64,000 nucleotides of DNA from Octopus sinensis (Eukaryota): the NCBI RefSeq assembly GCF_006345805.1, contig NC_043000.1, forward strand, positions 84,816,001 to 84,880,000, read 5' to 3'. The notes beneath the pieces were generated by a model, which worked only from the letters and a program-made list of their open reading frames with translations, had not been told where the DNA came from and did no database searches. Numbering within the stretch: the first letter of the stretch is position 1; each line of letters starts with the position of its first letter. Positions 42,011 through 53,686 of the stretch are shown here, one piece after another. Made by a program: the position numbers and the translations under genes.

Positions 42011-43143
42011 TATATATATACACACATATATATATATATGTATGTATGTATGTATGTGTGTATATGTGTATGCATGTATGTGTGTGTGTGTGCGTGTCTG
42101 TGCTTGTGATTGTCCTCCACCACTGCTTGACAACGAATGTTGGTTTGTTTACATCCCTGTCACCTAGTGGTTTGACAAAGGAAACAGATAGAATAAGTAC
42201 AATGCTTACAAAAATAAAACGAGTTGATTCATTAAACTACAATTCTTCAAGGCATTGCCCCAGCATGGCCACAGACCAATGGCTGGAAAAAGCAGAAGAA
42301 TAAAAGAATACATTCTCTGCTTTGGTCTTATGTTCAAGGCATGAGAAAGCTTGAATTTACATGAGAAGGCCTAACAGACCTGGTAGAAACAGCAGCCAAA
42401 TCTCCCTCAAATCACACCTTACTGTCTTATGTATGTATATATATATGAGCCAATGAGGGGGACCTCTACATGGTAGCTAGACCTGGTAGAAATAGCAGCC
42501 AAATTTCCCCCAAATCACACCTTACTGTCTTATCTATGTATATATGTATGTATGAGCCTATGAGGGAGACCCCTACATGGCAGCTAGACATGGTAGAAAT
42601 AGCAGCCAAATCTCCCTCAAATCACACCTTACTGTCTTATCTTTCTGCTACTTGGATATAGGTGTTATATTCGTCGTAAAAAACTTTCCTGTCACACACT
42701 TACGCACACGCACACACACACACACGCACCCTCACACACACACACACGCGCACACTCACACACACCCACTCACACACACGCACGTTAGCTTACAATTTTA
42801 TTTATATATTTGCGTGTCTATGTGTTGAAACAGGAAGTGGGAGGCAGAGTGAAAGAATCACTCACTACAGTAAGTCAATTACTTTCATTTTATTCGTTGC
42901 CCACTGTGTGTGTGCGTTTGCGTGTGGTGTAAACCAGACTAAGAAAAGCATTTGACACACACACCAGAATGTGAGTTTTCTGTAAATTTTGCTTAATTGG
43001 AGTTTAAATTTTAAAAACTGGACCTGGCATGACGCGATGCATTGTACTCTTAAAAATGCAAGGTAAATTGTAATTGAAGAAATGCTATATTGTAGATTTG
43101 TATAACTCCAAAGGGAGGCAGATAAAATCTGCCTTTTATAATA

Positions 43144-43186
<43 letters not shown>

Positions 43187-43869
43187 AGAGGGAAAATTAT
43201 AATAAGGCAGAATGCTAAATTGAAAGTAAATTTTAATAAAAATGGGTGTATGGAAAATTAAAAAAGAAAAAAAAAATATATATATATATATATACATATA
43301 ATAAACGCGAAAGCGAACGTCGGTGTGTCACATTTTTTCAACTTTACTCTTCCGACCCCTTCTCTCACTATTCAATGACACTTCTAACTGTATCAAGTAA
43401 TTTAACCATATCACGTGCTTCTTAACATTCGAAGCTGAAATACGTATCGAACTCGCTCTCATACAATATTACCTCTCATAACTCTCTACCATAAAAATGT
43501 TGGGAACTTAGTATTTTTTCAGATATTAATAAAATTTTTCGGACCTATTTTCGTGCTGTCGGCCGTCGGAATTATGGACACTTAGCTCACTCCGACTGCA
43601 TGAAAATAGATACGACTAATTTTATTATTACCTTAAAAAATACTTAAAAAAACACTGAATTTCAAACATTTTTATCATCAAATACGTTTAGAGCAATTTA
43701 AAATAGCATTTAGCGACATTGGTGTAAGTTTCCTTCAAACTACGAACGTGAGTTTCGATACGTATCAGCTATTATTTGTATGAAAAGTAAGGTTCTACGT
43801 ACATCAAGCTATCTTTAAATTAAGTGGCGGCAGAAGAATTATTGTTGAACTTTTAAAAGTTATGTTGAT

Positions 43870-43965
43870 TATTGCCTACGGCCAGCTATATGTTGCTGGT
43901 TCAAGGGTAGGGAATGGAAACAAGCTATTTGTACTGACCCCGAATGGGAAGACAAAAGCTATTAC
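43870..43965 (+). pseudogene. Helitron helicase C-terminal motif fragment
   Basis: YGQLYVAGSRVGNGNKLFVLTPNGKTK matches the HGQLYVA.SRV..GKTKNIVY motif of PIF1/RepHel helicases. Confidence 0.85.
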
Positions 43966-43979
43966 AGTTCTATATTTAA

Positions 43980-44084
43980 GAGATGAGGAATTATGTACAT
44001 TATTTACATTATTTACATTTGTCGGATATTTGTCCTCATCTTGTTTGTTGTTAACCCAACGTTTCGGCTGATATACACTCCAGC
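43980..44084 (-). mobile_element. truncated Penelope-like terminal repeat
   Basis: Minus strand gctggagtgtatatcagccgaaacgtt: a stem, then GAAA and a palindromic ACGT; cut off by the adjacent hairpin. Confidence 0.55.
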
Positions 44085-44200
44085 AAATATGCACACGATC
44101 GAGCGACATCGTGCAACAGATATCCAACCAACACTTCCAAAATTTACACAGTGTTGGTTGGATATCTGTTGCATGATGTCGCTCGATCGTGTGCATATTT
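44085..44200. repeat. 116-nt near-perfect palindrome (51-bp stem, 14-nt loop)
   Basis: aaatatgcacacgatcgagcgacatcgtgcaacagatatccaaccaacact and its reverse complement, with one G:T pair. Confidence 0.97.
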
Positions 44201-44559
44201 AACCCAAGCACTTACAAATTTTGTAATTGGAAATGCTACACTGAAGGGAGAAGTAATTAAAAACACTTTAATCTCGAAATGCATCTGTAGCTAATCGGAG
44301 TCGTGTTGATTCATTGTTTTTCTCTTTGCCTACGTAAAAAAGTGTGTTACTGTCTGGGAGATTCTTACAGCCGTGGAAAAGGAATTTTTTAACCCCTATT
44401 TCTAAATTCGGTATGTGGTGGAGCAATTAGCAGACACCCTAATTATAATTATAGAATATTTGTATATATATATATATGTATGTGTGTATGTATGTATGTA
44501 TGTATGTATATATATATATGTGTGTATGTGTGTGTGTGTATCGTTGGCGATTTTTTTTC

Positions 44560-44730
44560 CTCTGTCTTCCCTTCTCTGGATCTTTCCTACTCCTATGTTT
44601 CCGACGAAGAGCTCCGCTCGAAACGTTAAACCCTCCTTCTTTCCTTCTTTCCTGAGCGTCCAATAATACTATATTTGTTCCACGTCCTCGCGTTGTTGTG
44701 TTTTTGTGCTTTCTTGTTTGGATTAACTAT
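44560..44730 (+). mobile_element. Penelope-like terminal repeat containing a hammerhead-like motif
   Basis: gttt-ccgacga-a-gagc-tcc-gctc-gaaacgtt-aaac at 44597-44631. Confidence 0.6.
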
Positions 44731-45077
44731 ATGTACATATATATGTACATATATATATTATATATATATTATATATATATTATATTATATATATATATAT
44801 ATATATATTAATATATATATGTATATATATATATGTATATATACATATATACACACACACATATATATACATATATACATTATATATATATATATATACA
44901 CATATGCATATATATAATATATATACATATGTATATATACATATACATATATATATATATGCATATATATGCATATATATATAAAACACACGCATGCATA
45001 TATATAAGTATGCATGTATGCATGCATACCCTCCTTTTGCATATGTATCTGTGTGTGTATGTGTGCGTACATATATG

Positions 45078-45111
<34 letters not shown>

Positions 45112-45641
45112 ATATAATATTATATATACATACATACATACATACATACATACATACATACATACATACATACATACATACATACATACATACTGGCACT
45201 CAGAAGTCTATACATGTATATGTGATGTGTGTATATTCATGCATGTAGATGTGTGTATGCATTCAACTCTCATTGACCAATAATATTGATTTTGAAAGAT
45301 GATACGTTAAGGTAAATATCAATATATATTTGACAGAGATGCTTCAATGAATACACCAGTATTATTCTGACGTCTATAAATCATCTAAATCTGATTGATA
45401 CGGAAACAAACATTGATAGAGCTTTAGTATTTATCAACCAGATTGTTTCATCACCATCAATATCAGTGTACTAGAGAGTAACTCTGAGATAAAACTATGT
45501 CAGTCCCTTCGTGAACCATTTGATAACGAGAGAGAGAGGGGAGGGAGAAAGAGAGAGATTTCATGACGCGGCAGTTCGAAGAGATGTAAATCTCAGATAT
45601 ATAGAAGACGAATATATGCATTGTAATTCATGTATCATTAG

Positions 45642-46010
45642 GCGCAGGAGTGGCTGTGTGGTAAGTAGCTTGCTTACCAACCACATGGTTCCGGGTTCAG
45701 TCCCACTGCGTTGCACCTTGGGCAAGTGTCTTCTACTATAGCCTCGGGCCGACCAAAGCCTTGTGAGTGGATTTGGTAGATGGAAACTGAAAGAAGCCCG
45801 TCGTATATATATATATGTTTGTGTGTCGGTGTTTGTACCCCAACATCGCTTGACAACCGATGGTGGTGTGTTTACATCTGTGGTTCGCCAAAAGAGACCG
45901 ATAGAATAAATACTAGGCTTACAGTAAGTCCTGGGGTCGATTTGCTCGACTAAAGGCGGTGCTCCAGCATGGCCACAGTCACATGACTGAAACAAGTAAA
46001 AGAGTAAAAG
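45642..46010 (+). mobile_element. SINE family B, full-length composite copy
   Basis: ggcgcaggagtggctgtgtggtaag head through the ccagcatggccacagtcacatgactgaaac tail. Confidence 0.9.
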
Positions 46011-46109
46011 AGTAAGAGTATATACACGCGCGCGCGCACACACACACACACACACACGAGCTGTCCGCGCACACGCACATATATACACACACGTGTACAC
46101 TTTATAGAC

Positions 46110-46287
46110 ATAGGCATGACTGTGTGGTAAGAAGCTTGCCTCCCAACCACATTGTTCCGGGTTCAGTCCCACTGCGTGGCGCCTCGTGCAAGTGCTTTCT
46201 ACTATAGCCTCGGTCTGACCAAGGCCGTGTAACTGAATTTGTTAAATGGAAACTGAAAGAAGCCCATCGTGTATGTATATATACACA

Positions 46288-46345
<58 letters not shown>

Positions 46346-46545
46346 ATATATATATATGCGTGTCTATCTGTGTCTATGTTTGTCCCCCATCACCGCTGGA
46401 CAACGGGTATTGGTATGTTTACGTCCCCGATTACCATGATTAAAAAAGAAATTAGAACTTAGGTCAATTTATTCGAGAAAAATTCTTCAAAGCAGTGGCC
46501 CAGCATGGCCGCGGTCTGATGACGGAATCAAGTCAAAGATAAGAG
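46110..46545 (+). mobile_element. SINE family B, diverged copy with internal (TA)n
   Basis: Same head and tail motifs as 45642-46010. Confidence 0.8.
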
Positions 46546-46787
46546 ATAAAAGATTTGCGAATGTCTGTGAATACGATGTGTTATGGGGGAAGCAACGTCG
46601 GTTATGACATGCGCAGAGAAATGGAAATTCCACATACAGTTAAACGTCTAATTACATGGTATATATGTATGTATCATGCATGTTTTATGCATATGTGGGT
46701 GTATGAATGTATATAAGTATTATGTACATTTGTATGTACATATGTATTACATATATATTCTGTAGAATGAAAGTATGAACTGACAAA

Positions 46788-46961
46788 CAACTGACGTCCG
46801 TTTAGATCATGGCATTTATATAAGTAGAAGGGTGTGCACATCTTCTTATATCATTACTGCCTTACTTTATTATTTCTTGTGATCTATTCTACTGTGTTTA
46901 AATATATAAAATCTATTATGTTTAAATATATAAATGCCACGGTCTAAACCGTTACCAGTTG
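46788..46961. mobile_element. small MITE-like element with ~35-bp imperfect TIRs
   Basis: caactgacgtccgtttagatcatggcatttatata versus the reverse complement of tatataaatgccacggtctaaaccgttaccagttg. Confidence 0.65.
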
Positions 46962-47189
46962 TCTGCTTGTGCATAGTTTCATTCTGCCTGCATGTACCTG
47001 CTCGATGATAAACCGCCTATAGTCATACATTGCTAAGCAGCTCCAACAACATTTTGTTTTAGTCACAGTTCAAATCGGAGTTTTAGGTGGTAAGTCAACT
47101 TGAGCATTTATTGTGCATACCGATTACATTACGTTATTAGACGCAATTTTATCTGAACTCTACGAATTTATATATATGTACATATGTAT

Positions 47190-47362
47190 ATATTTGTATG
47201 TATGTATGTATGTATGTATGTATGTATGTATGTATGTATGTATGTATGTATGTATGTATGTATGTATGTATGTATGTATGTATGTATGTATGTATGTATG
47301 TATGTATGCATGCATGTATGTATGTATGTATGTATGTATGTATGTATGTATGTATGTATGTA
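47190..47362. repeat. (GTAT)n microsatellite
   Basis: Read directly. Confidence 0.98.
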
Positions 47363-47582
47363 TATGTGAGTGTGTGTGCATGTTTCCTATCCCTCGTTGT
47401 AGTTTTAGAGTTCCTTTTCACTCTGCATTTCTTCGGTTATGTTACAAGAAACTAAAGAAAATTCAAGAACAAAAATGGGTTCTTATTCTTTTCGTCGCTC
47501 TTTACTCAAGCATTCCCAATGAGGATCTTACAGATTAATATCGTGATTATCTGTTATGTTTGAATAATAGAACAATGTCCTT

Positions 47583-48175
47583 TCACTGAGAATCAGCCAT
47601 ACTTTGATCCAAGCGAGGTGGTACATATCTTATCACTCCATTAATAATAGATGTAAAACAGCGTGGAATTTGGTTGATGGATATTTTTAAACTCATCATC
47701 ACTGCTTCATAGATGTCTTCTTTCACTGTTATTTTCTTTAATACATTGGCATCAAAAGAGCAGCTCATCCAACAACAGATCACGCTTATTTTGTGGCCCC
47801 AAATGACAATATCAGGTGGGTTGTGTTTTAATTTGGTCGTAGCTTTTATTCTTAGACTCCAACGACATTCTTTTAATCCAATGATTTTAGTGTGTTTATC
47901 TTTTACTTTTTATTACCTGTATTGGAGACGGTTGCTCTGGCTACCACATCATAGCTCATATTAAAGTAGTTCCTAGAGAACTTTCTTTTACAATTGGCAA
48001 CAAAGTAACTAATGTCTTCGGCTTGGGTTTTGTATAACCTATACTTACCGGTGTTTAGCCTTGCTTTTTTCTGTAGAAGTTAAATGACGGTTATTTCTTG
48101 TTCTTTGGTTGGATTAAGACAATACTCAATCTCGGGTGTCATAATCTTATTTGTTTTAGGTGCCATGTTTTTCGT
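47583..48175 (-). pseudogene. R4/Dong-like LINE 3' fragment (decayed CCHC knuckle plus RLE), related to 28655-29235
   Basis: KYRLYKTQAEDISYFVANC (CRLC..ED..H...C with C>Y changes), YDVVA, then IKATTKLKHNPPDIVIWG..SCSFDANV..KEDIY. Confidence 0.78.
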
Positions 48176-48411
48176 TTCAAGTGTCCATGTACCTAAGAGT
48201 TTCTAAGATTCGGTGGGAGGAAATCTGTTCCATCCTTTAATTTACGTTTCTTTTAGCTTTATTAATTATCCCAAAGATAGATCTTATTTTCGTACACAAA
48301 AACTTAAGCGAGAGAGAGAGAGAGGTGGGGTTGATAGATGCTATCTTTTATTCTCTGTTTTAGATGTTATCTAAATCTACAATAACCAATAAAACAGAAC
48401 TACTCTCTCTT

Positions 48412-48447
<36 letters not shown>

Positions 48448-48616
48448 CCTATCTATCTATCTATCTCTCAGTATTAAAATATGCGTTTCATATGATATTA
48501 ATAGAGATCTAATGCCACAGCAGAATTTCTTGCTTGAGAAGTAGAATCCGTCTACAACACCTTCGATATTCAACTTTCCAGAAAGTGGCAGCAGTTTCTT
48601 GGTTGTTACGGTTATT

Positions 48617-48689
48617 TCGCTAAGTTCATGTACTGCTCGATTCCGAGGGCGAGTCGCTAAGTTCATGTTCTGCTCGATTCCGAGGGTGA
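48617..48689. repeat. 37-bp tandem duplication
   Basis: tcgctaagttcatgt(a/t)ctgctcgattccgaggg at 48617 and 48654. Confidence 0.95.
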
Positions 48690-49584
48690 AATGTTAAGAC
48701 AGATACTGAAAATATGTTGTGAGTAGTATGCTCCTCGTAAACTGAATAGATCGCTTGATCATATTATATTTACTCTCTTTATGTATTCATTTCTCACCGC
48801 TCTCTTCTGAATAATATGGCCATTACATTGTTGTATGTAACGCATCGTCAGGCCGTTTGTGTAATCTGTTTGGCAGGGAACAAGTTTTCCTCGTCTAACT
48901 ACAAAAAAATGCACATATGAACCAAACAAATTAAATTCCATTGTCTGGGAAATATCGGGTGAGTTTGTTTTTTTTAGGTCAATGCTTGAATACTTGATCT
49001 AAACAACTTCAGGCTGTTTATAAAGCATAGGTGAGAAATATTTCTGATTTCAGGATACCCATCTTTATAAACACACTAACTGATGAGCAGGAATGACAAA
49101 TGGTTTAACCCTTTGTTTTAATTAATTTTGAAAATAATGAAGAATTTTGTTAAATTGCATCGTTGTTAATAAACTGATGTTTGGAACATTAGCATGAGAT
49201 TTTAATAAATTTCAATTTAGATTACATTTAAAAGAGGAAGTTAGTGCTAAAGCACCAATAGGCTTAGATCCAAAGCGTTAACAAGGGGATAAAAAGCAGT
49301 ACTGACAAGATATCATCTCACAGGATCATATCTTTTTGATCATCTATGATGTCATATTTGAATGGTTTGTTGTCTTTTATGAGAAGTAAAGTGATGTGCC
49401 AAGACTTGACTAGGTGCTGATTAGCAGCTAACTTTGGTTTTGAAACTTTGGGATAATTATGATGGCTTGAAAATCTACCACCCATAATATGAGATACCAC
49501 CAAAGACTCGCTGGTAGTTCAACAATACTACAGCTAAGTTCTTGTGGTTCTTTACAATTTCTGTTCATTAATTCGAAGCTGTTA

Positions 49585-49752
49585 GGCGGTGAGCTGACAA
49601 AATTGATAGTCTTTAAGTTCTGAGTCCAAAATCCACCGAGGTCTACTTTGCCTTTCATCTTTTCGAAATCGATAAGATAAGAACTAGTTGAGCTCTGGGA
49701 TCGACTTACCCACTCTCCCGAAATTGCTGGCCTTGTGCCAAAATTTGAAACC
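49585..49752 (+). mobile_element. SINE family A, diverged copy
   Basis: ggcggtgagctgacaaaa..gttctgagtccaaaatccaccgaggtc..aaatttgaaacc. Confidence 0.8.
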
Positions 49753-49774
49753 ATTAATTAGAAGCTGCTCTCTA

Positions 49775-50115
49775 CATTATTGTAAACATTACTACACGTC
49801 TGCTTTACTATAAACATTTGATCTGCACACCCCCTTCCACGCCTAAAACCTCACAGCTCCTCCCCTAGTACACTCTCTGTCTGGTTCCTCACCCTTACAA
49901 ACAGAATTCTCCCGTACAGTTTACCAACTACACACAACAGACTTACACCCCCTAAAATTTCCGCATTTACATTTATCCCCTTTCCCCTTGGGCAGTGGTA
50001 CTATACAGGCACTGCACCAGTCCTTAGGTACTCTTCCAGCCATATAACAAACATTCATAAGCCTTACTAACCATTCAATCACTGTCACTCCTTTCTTTAC
50101 GCATTCCACTGTACA
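49775..50115 (-). pseudogene. RTE-clade LINE RT N-terminal fragment
   Basis: EWLVRLMNVC..GRVPKDWCSACIVPLPKGKGDKCKCGNFRG..GKLYGRIL..GFRRGRG.ADQMFIVKQ. Confidence 0.88.
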
Positions 50116-50261
50116 TCCATCTATATTTCAATATAATTTGGGCAAAACAAAACTTCTCTGCGGGTATCGGCTACCAAATGCTATCATACACTTGTTTATT
50201 GCTTATGCACAAAACTTTCAGGCCCTGAATGACTTTGAAACTTCTGCCGAGTAACATACAA

Positions 50262-50294
<33 letters not shown>

Positions 50295-50314
50295 TAGATA
50301 GATAGATAGATAAC

Positions 50315-50584
50315 TTTCTTTATTGGCCACACAGGGCTGAACACAGAGGGAACAAATACAACTTTAGAGCATTTCGTTTCGAAAATGAAAAAGAAAAAGG
50401 GGAAAGGAGAGAAAAAAAGTAAAATTCCGATCAAAAGGGTCGGGGAAAAAAAGGCGATCAAAAGGGATCGTGTATCACAGAAGAAATTTTTAAAATGTAA
50501 GAAACAACATTAAGTTTATCCGTGGAAAGAAAAGCCTACGGAAAAGACCACGGTAACCTCAGGCAGGGAGGGAATAAACACATG

Positions 50585-50585
<1 letters not shown>
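50315..50585 (-). mobile_element. retroelement 3' end (possibly a LINE 3' UTR) followed by an (ATCT)n tail
   Basis: Minus strand ends tttgttccctctgtgttcagccctgtgtggccaataaagaaag, followed by a microsatellite. Confidence 0.5.
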
Positions 50586-50657
<72 letters not shown>

Positions 50658-50709
50658 TAGAAATATATACACACGCACACACAAACACACGCACGCACAC
50701 ACACACACA

Positions 50710-50745
<36 letters not shown>

Positions 50746-51286
50746 TGTATGTATGTATGTATGTATGTATGTATGTATGTATGCGTATGTATGCGTAGAT
50801 ATGTATGTGTATGTGCATTTGTACGTGTCCATGTATATATATCTGTCATTGATTCTAGTATTTAAATATGTTAAAAATTTTCAATTTCCATTACGTAGAT
50901 CACAGAACATTACTTTATCTAACTCTGTGCCATATCGTGTTCGTCTAAATGTACTTGTAATAATGTTTGTCGATTACTTAATAAGACAAATATACAAATA
51001 CTTAACATAGACACATTCACACATGCTCAAACGCACACATACACACGCATAATTATGCTTTTATGTATGTATATATGTATGTATACATGTACACACAAAT
51101 ATTTATTTATGTATGTATACAGACATACATATATGTGTGTATATCTATGTATGTATGTATGTATGTATGTATGTTTGCACGTGTGTGCGTGTGTGTGTGC
51201 GCGTGTTTCTGTGTCTGTGCATATGTATGGATCTTAAGTGTGTGTATGAGATATGCGTTAACAACTCTCAAGCACGCAACCAAGCG

Positions 51287-51353
<67 letters not shown>

Positions 51354-51844
51354 AAATGAGAAAAAATAAACGGGAAGGGATGATTATATGTGCACATTAT
51401 GAGCGCATGGAGTTACTGAAACTGTTGTTTGCCCAAGCGGAACAAACGTTGAAGTAATTCAATCAAGACTAGCCTGAACTTGTAGCATCTTAGTCAATCC
51501 AGTGTTATAAAGTGGAATAAGTTAGACGTTGAGGTATAAATCGGTTTCACATAATTTATTGTATAAATCAACCATTGAAATTTTTTTTTACCATTTTTAA
51601 TTATAATTGGTCAAAGACGAATGCGATGCGTCAATGACCTTTGCGGTTAAAGTTCAGCTTGACCTTCTTCAGTTTAGTTTCAGTGGGAAATTCCTGTAGA
51701 CAGAAATTTCAGAGAGTTTCTGTTCTATGGAGAATTATTGTTCCTGGCAAAGACTTTAGTGCTGGCTTTGGAAGGTAAGATGAACAGAGAAACGAAGTTC
51801 TGTATTTTATTGATGGTATGTAGTTACATCATTTATGGATGAGT

Positions 51845-52130
51845 GAAGGTGCATGGCCTTAGTGGTTAGGGTGTTGCTCTCACGATCGTGAGATCGTAGT
51901 TTCAGTTCATGAACCGGGTAGTGTGGTGTGTTCTTGAATATATCACCTCATCTCACGTTGCTCTGCGATTACTTCGACACCTGACGAATAGTACACTGTG
52001 CACCTGTTCAAACAACGTCGATTTGATAGAGGGAGTGTGCTAATGTGCGACAAATACATTTGATCACTATAAAAAATTCTTTTATGCGGGTTTGTTCAGC
52101 AAAAGAACTGTCTTTCTCGGACTGCGAGAG
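51845..52130 (+). mobile_element. SINE family C copy
   Basis: tRNA-like head gcatggccttagtggttagggtgttg..gtttcagttc, then ctcatctcacgttgctc. Confidence 0.75.
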
Positions 52131-52199
52131 GTTACCGTGTGATAATTAAATTATGTACTGCGCACTTCATTATGCTTTGTGATGCGCATGATTCCCCAA

Positions 52200-52262
52200 T
52201 CTATGGGAAAATTATCTTTCATGAAACCGGTCCGTGGTGCAGAAAAGGTTGGGGACCGCTAT
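52200..52262 (-). mobile_element. hAT-Charlie/MER20-like MITE terminus
   Basis: Minus strand agcggtccccaaccttttctgcaccacggaccggtttcatgaaagataatttt. Confidence 0.65.
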
Positions 52263-53686
52263 AATGTATAGAACTATGCAGCTGAGAGGCGTAGTAGTAG
52301 CTGCATAAGAGACAGAAAGAAAGATTAGTCTGTTTCTGAGTGAGTGATTGTAGTGTGCCGCCAGTTGACTGAATCTGAAGGAGAGTAAGTTCTAATGTCA
52401 CCATTTCCAAATTTGGTCCAACTATCAGTTCTTGGAAGTAGTCCATATATGGCGTCAGTCATTTAAGAATTATAGAATTATTGGAAGTTACGGAAAATAG
52501 AAGTGTAGTATGGTTTGTATGAGAATACATGAAGTAATGCAGGTGGAGCAAATTACGGGGAGGAAGCGCTAAGCAGTGATGTATATAACAACAAGGTTAT
52601 TTCCAGTCCAAATATACTTAAGACATATTCGAACCCGTAAGAAAGCTATTCACTGCGTTTTGTCATGGAGAACATTTCTCACTGTAGATAAATGGTGTAA
52701 GTACATCTAAAATCAACTCGCAGCGCCACCTATCCAGACTGTGAGATGCAAGCATTTCGGAATGGTTATCTGGTAGTATAAAACAGAGAATGGCTTTCTT
52801 ACAGGCTTGAATATGCCTGAAGCACATTTGAACTTATAATAACCTTGTATTTATAGACGGAACAGCTTAGGAAAGATAACCAATTCTTAAATCATTCTAG
52901 TATCGATAAAAAAAAAGCGTCCTTTGGACTCACAAGTCATTGATGGAGATCCGAGTTCTGGTCAACAACCGCGACAGATGGATAAAATTAGTGCACGATT
53001 TGTCACCACGGTGCTCTTACAATTCCATCAGTAGTCGAAAACCCAAGGGTTGGAAAGTCTTGATAACGCACTCTACGAAAAACATAGATGTGTGATTTAG
53101 CCAGAAAGTTCTAATACCAGACGCGGTAGAAGGATTGTTAACAGTAACGGCATTGCTTACACCGGAGTTCTCTCAAAGGTGATTACAACCACTGGAGAAT
53201 GACGTAGTAAAGCAAATCTCCAATTAATTTAGCATTACGAAACCTGTACTAGTGTACATTTAGAAAGGAAACACTCTGACGACAATTAAGTATATGGTTA
53301 TTTGCGAATGTTTTCATCATATCTGAGATGTTTAAATGAGAAGGATAAGACGATAGTTGCTTAGATCAAAATTTTGTTGAGAAGAAATTTTGTGTGAGTG
53401 TTGCATGAAGTTGAAAGCAAGCAGCCGAGGCAGAGGTTATATTCATTTAATCGAGATCTTCTTGGCAATAGACTAGGCTACTCGCTACAATTTGGAAAGT
53501 AAAAACAATTTTCTAGTTGTAAGATACACAAAAGCAATTTTTATCTCTTCTCTTAATCATCTTGCAAGAGTTATTGTTGCTTTTGTTATTGTTGATGTTG
53601 CTATTGTTACAGCTACTGGTGTTGCTGTTGATGATGATGATGATGATAATGATGATGCTGTTATTGTTGTTTTTATTTTCCTCTAG

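Larger units (their letters stand above)
37425..43146 (-). mobile_element. head-to-tail trimer of composite non-autonomous Helitrons (units 37425-39656, 39657-41188, 41189-43146)
   Basis: On the minus strand each unit starts TC (unit 1 has an extra TC before TCTTATTATAAAAGG) and ends with hairpin CCCGAGCAACGCCGGG (one mismatch in unit 3) + 8 nt + CTAG; junctions read CTAG|TC; outer ends are A|TC and CTAG|T within (TA)n. Confidence 0.85.

Noticed and set aside
38269-42641. CRISPR-like appearance of the 166-bp and ~105-bp repeats
   Set aside because: Whole units repeat with no unique spacers, there are no cas genes, and the context is eukaryotic.
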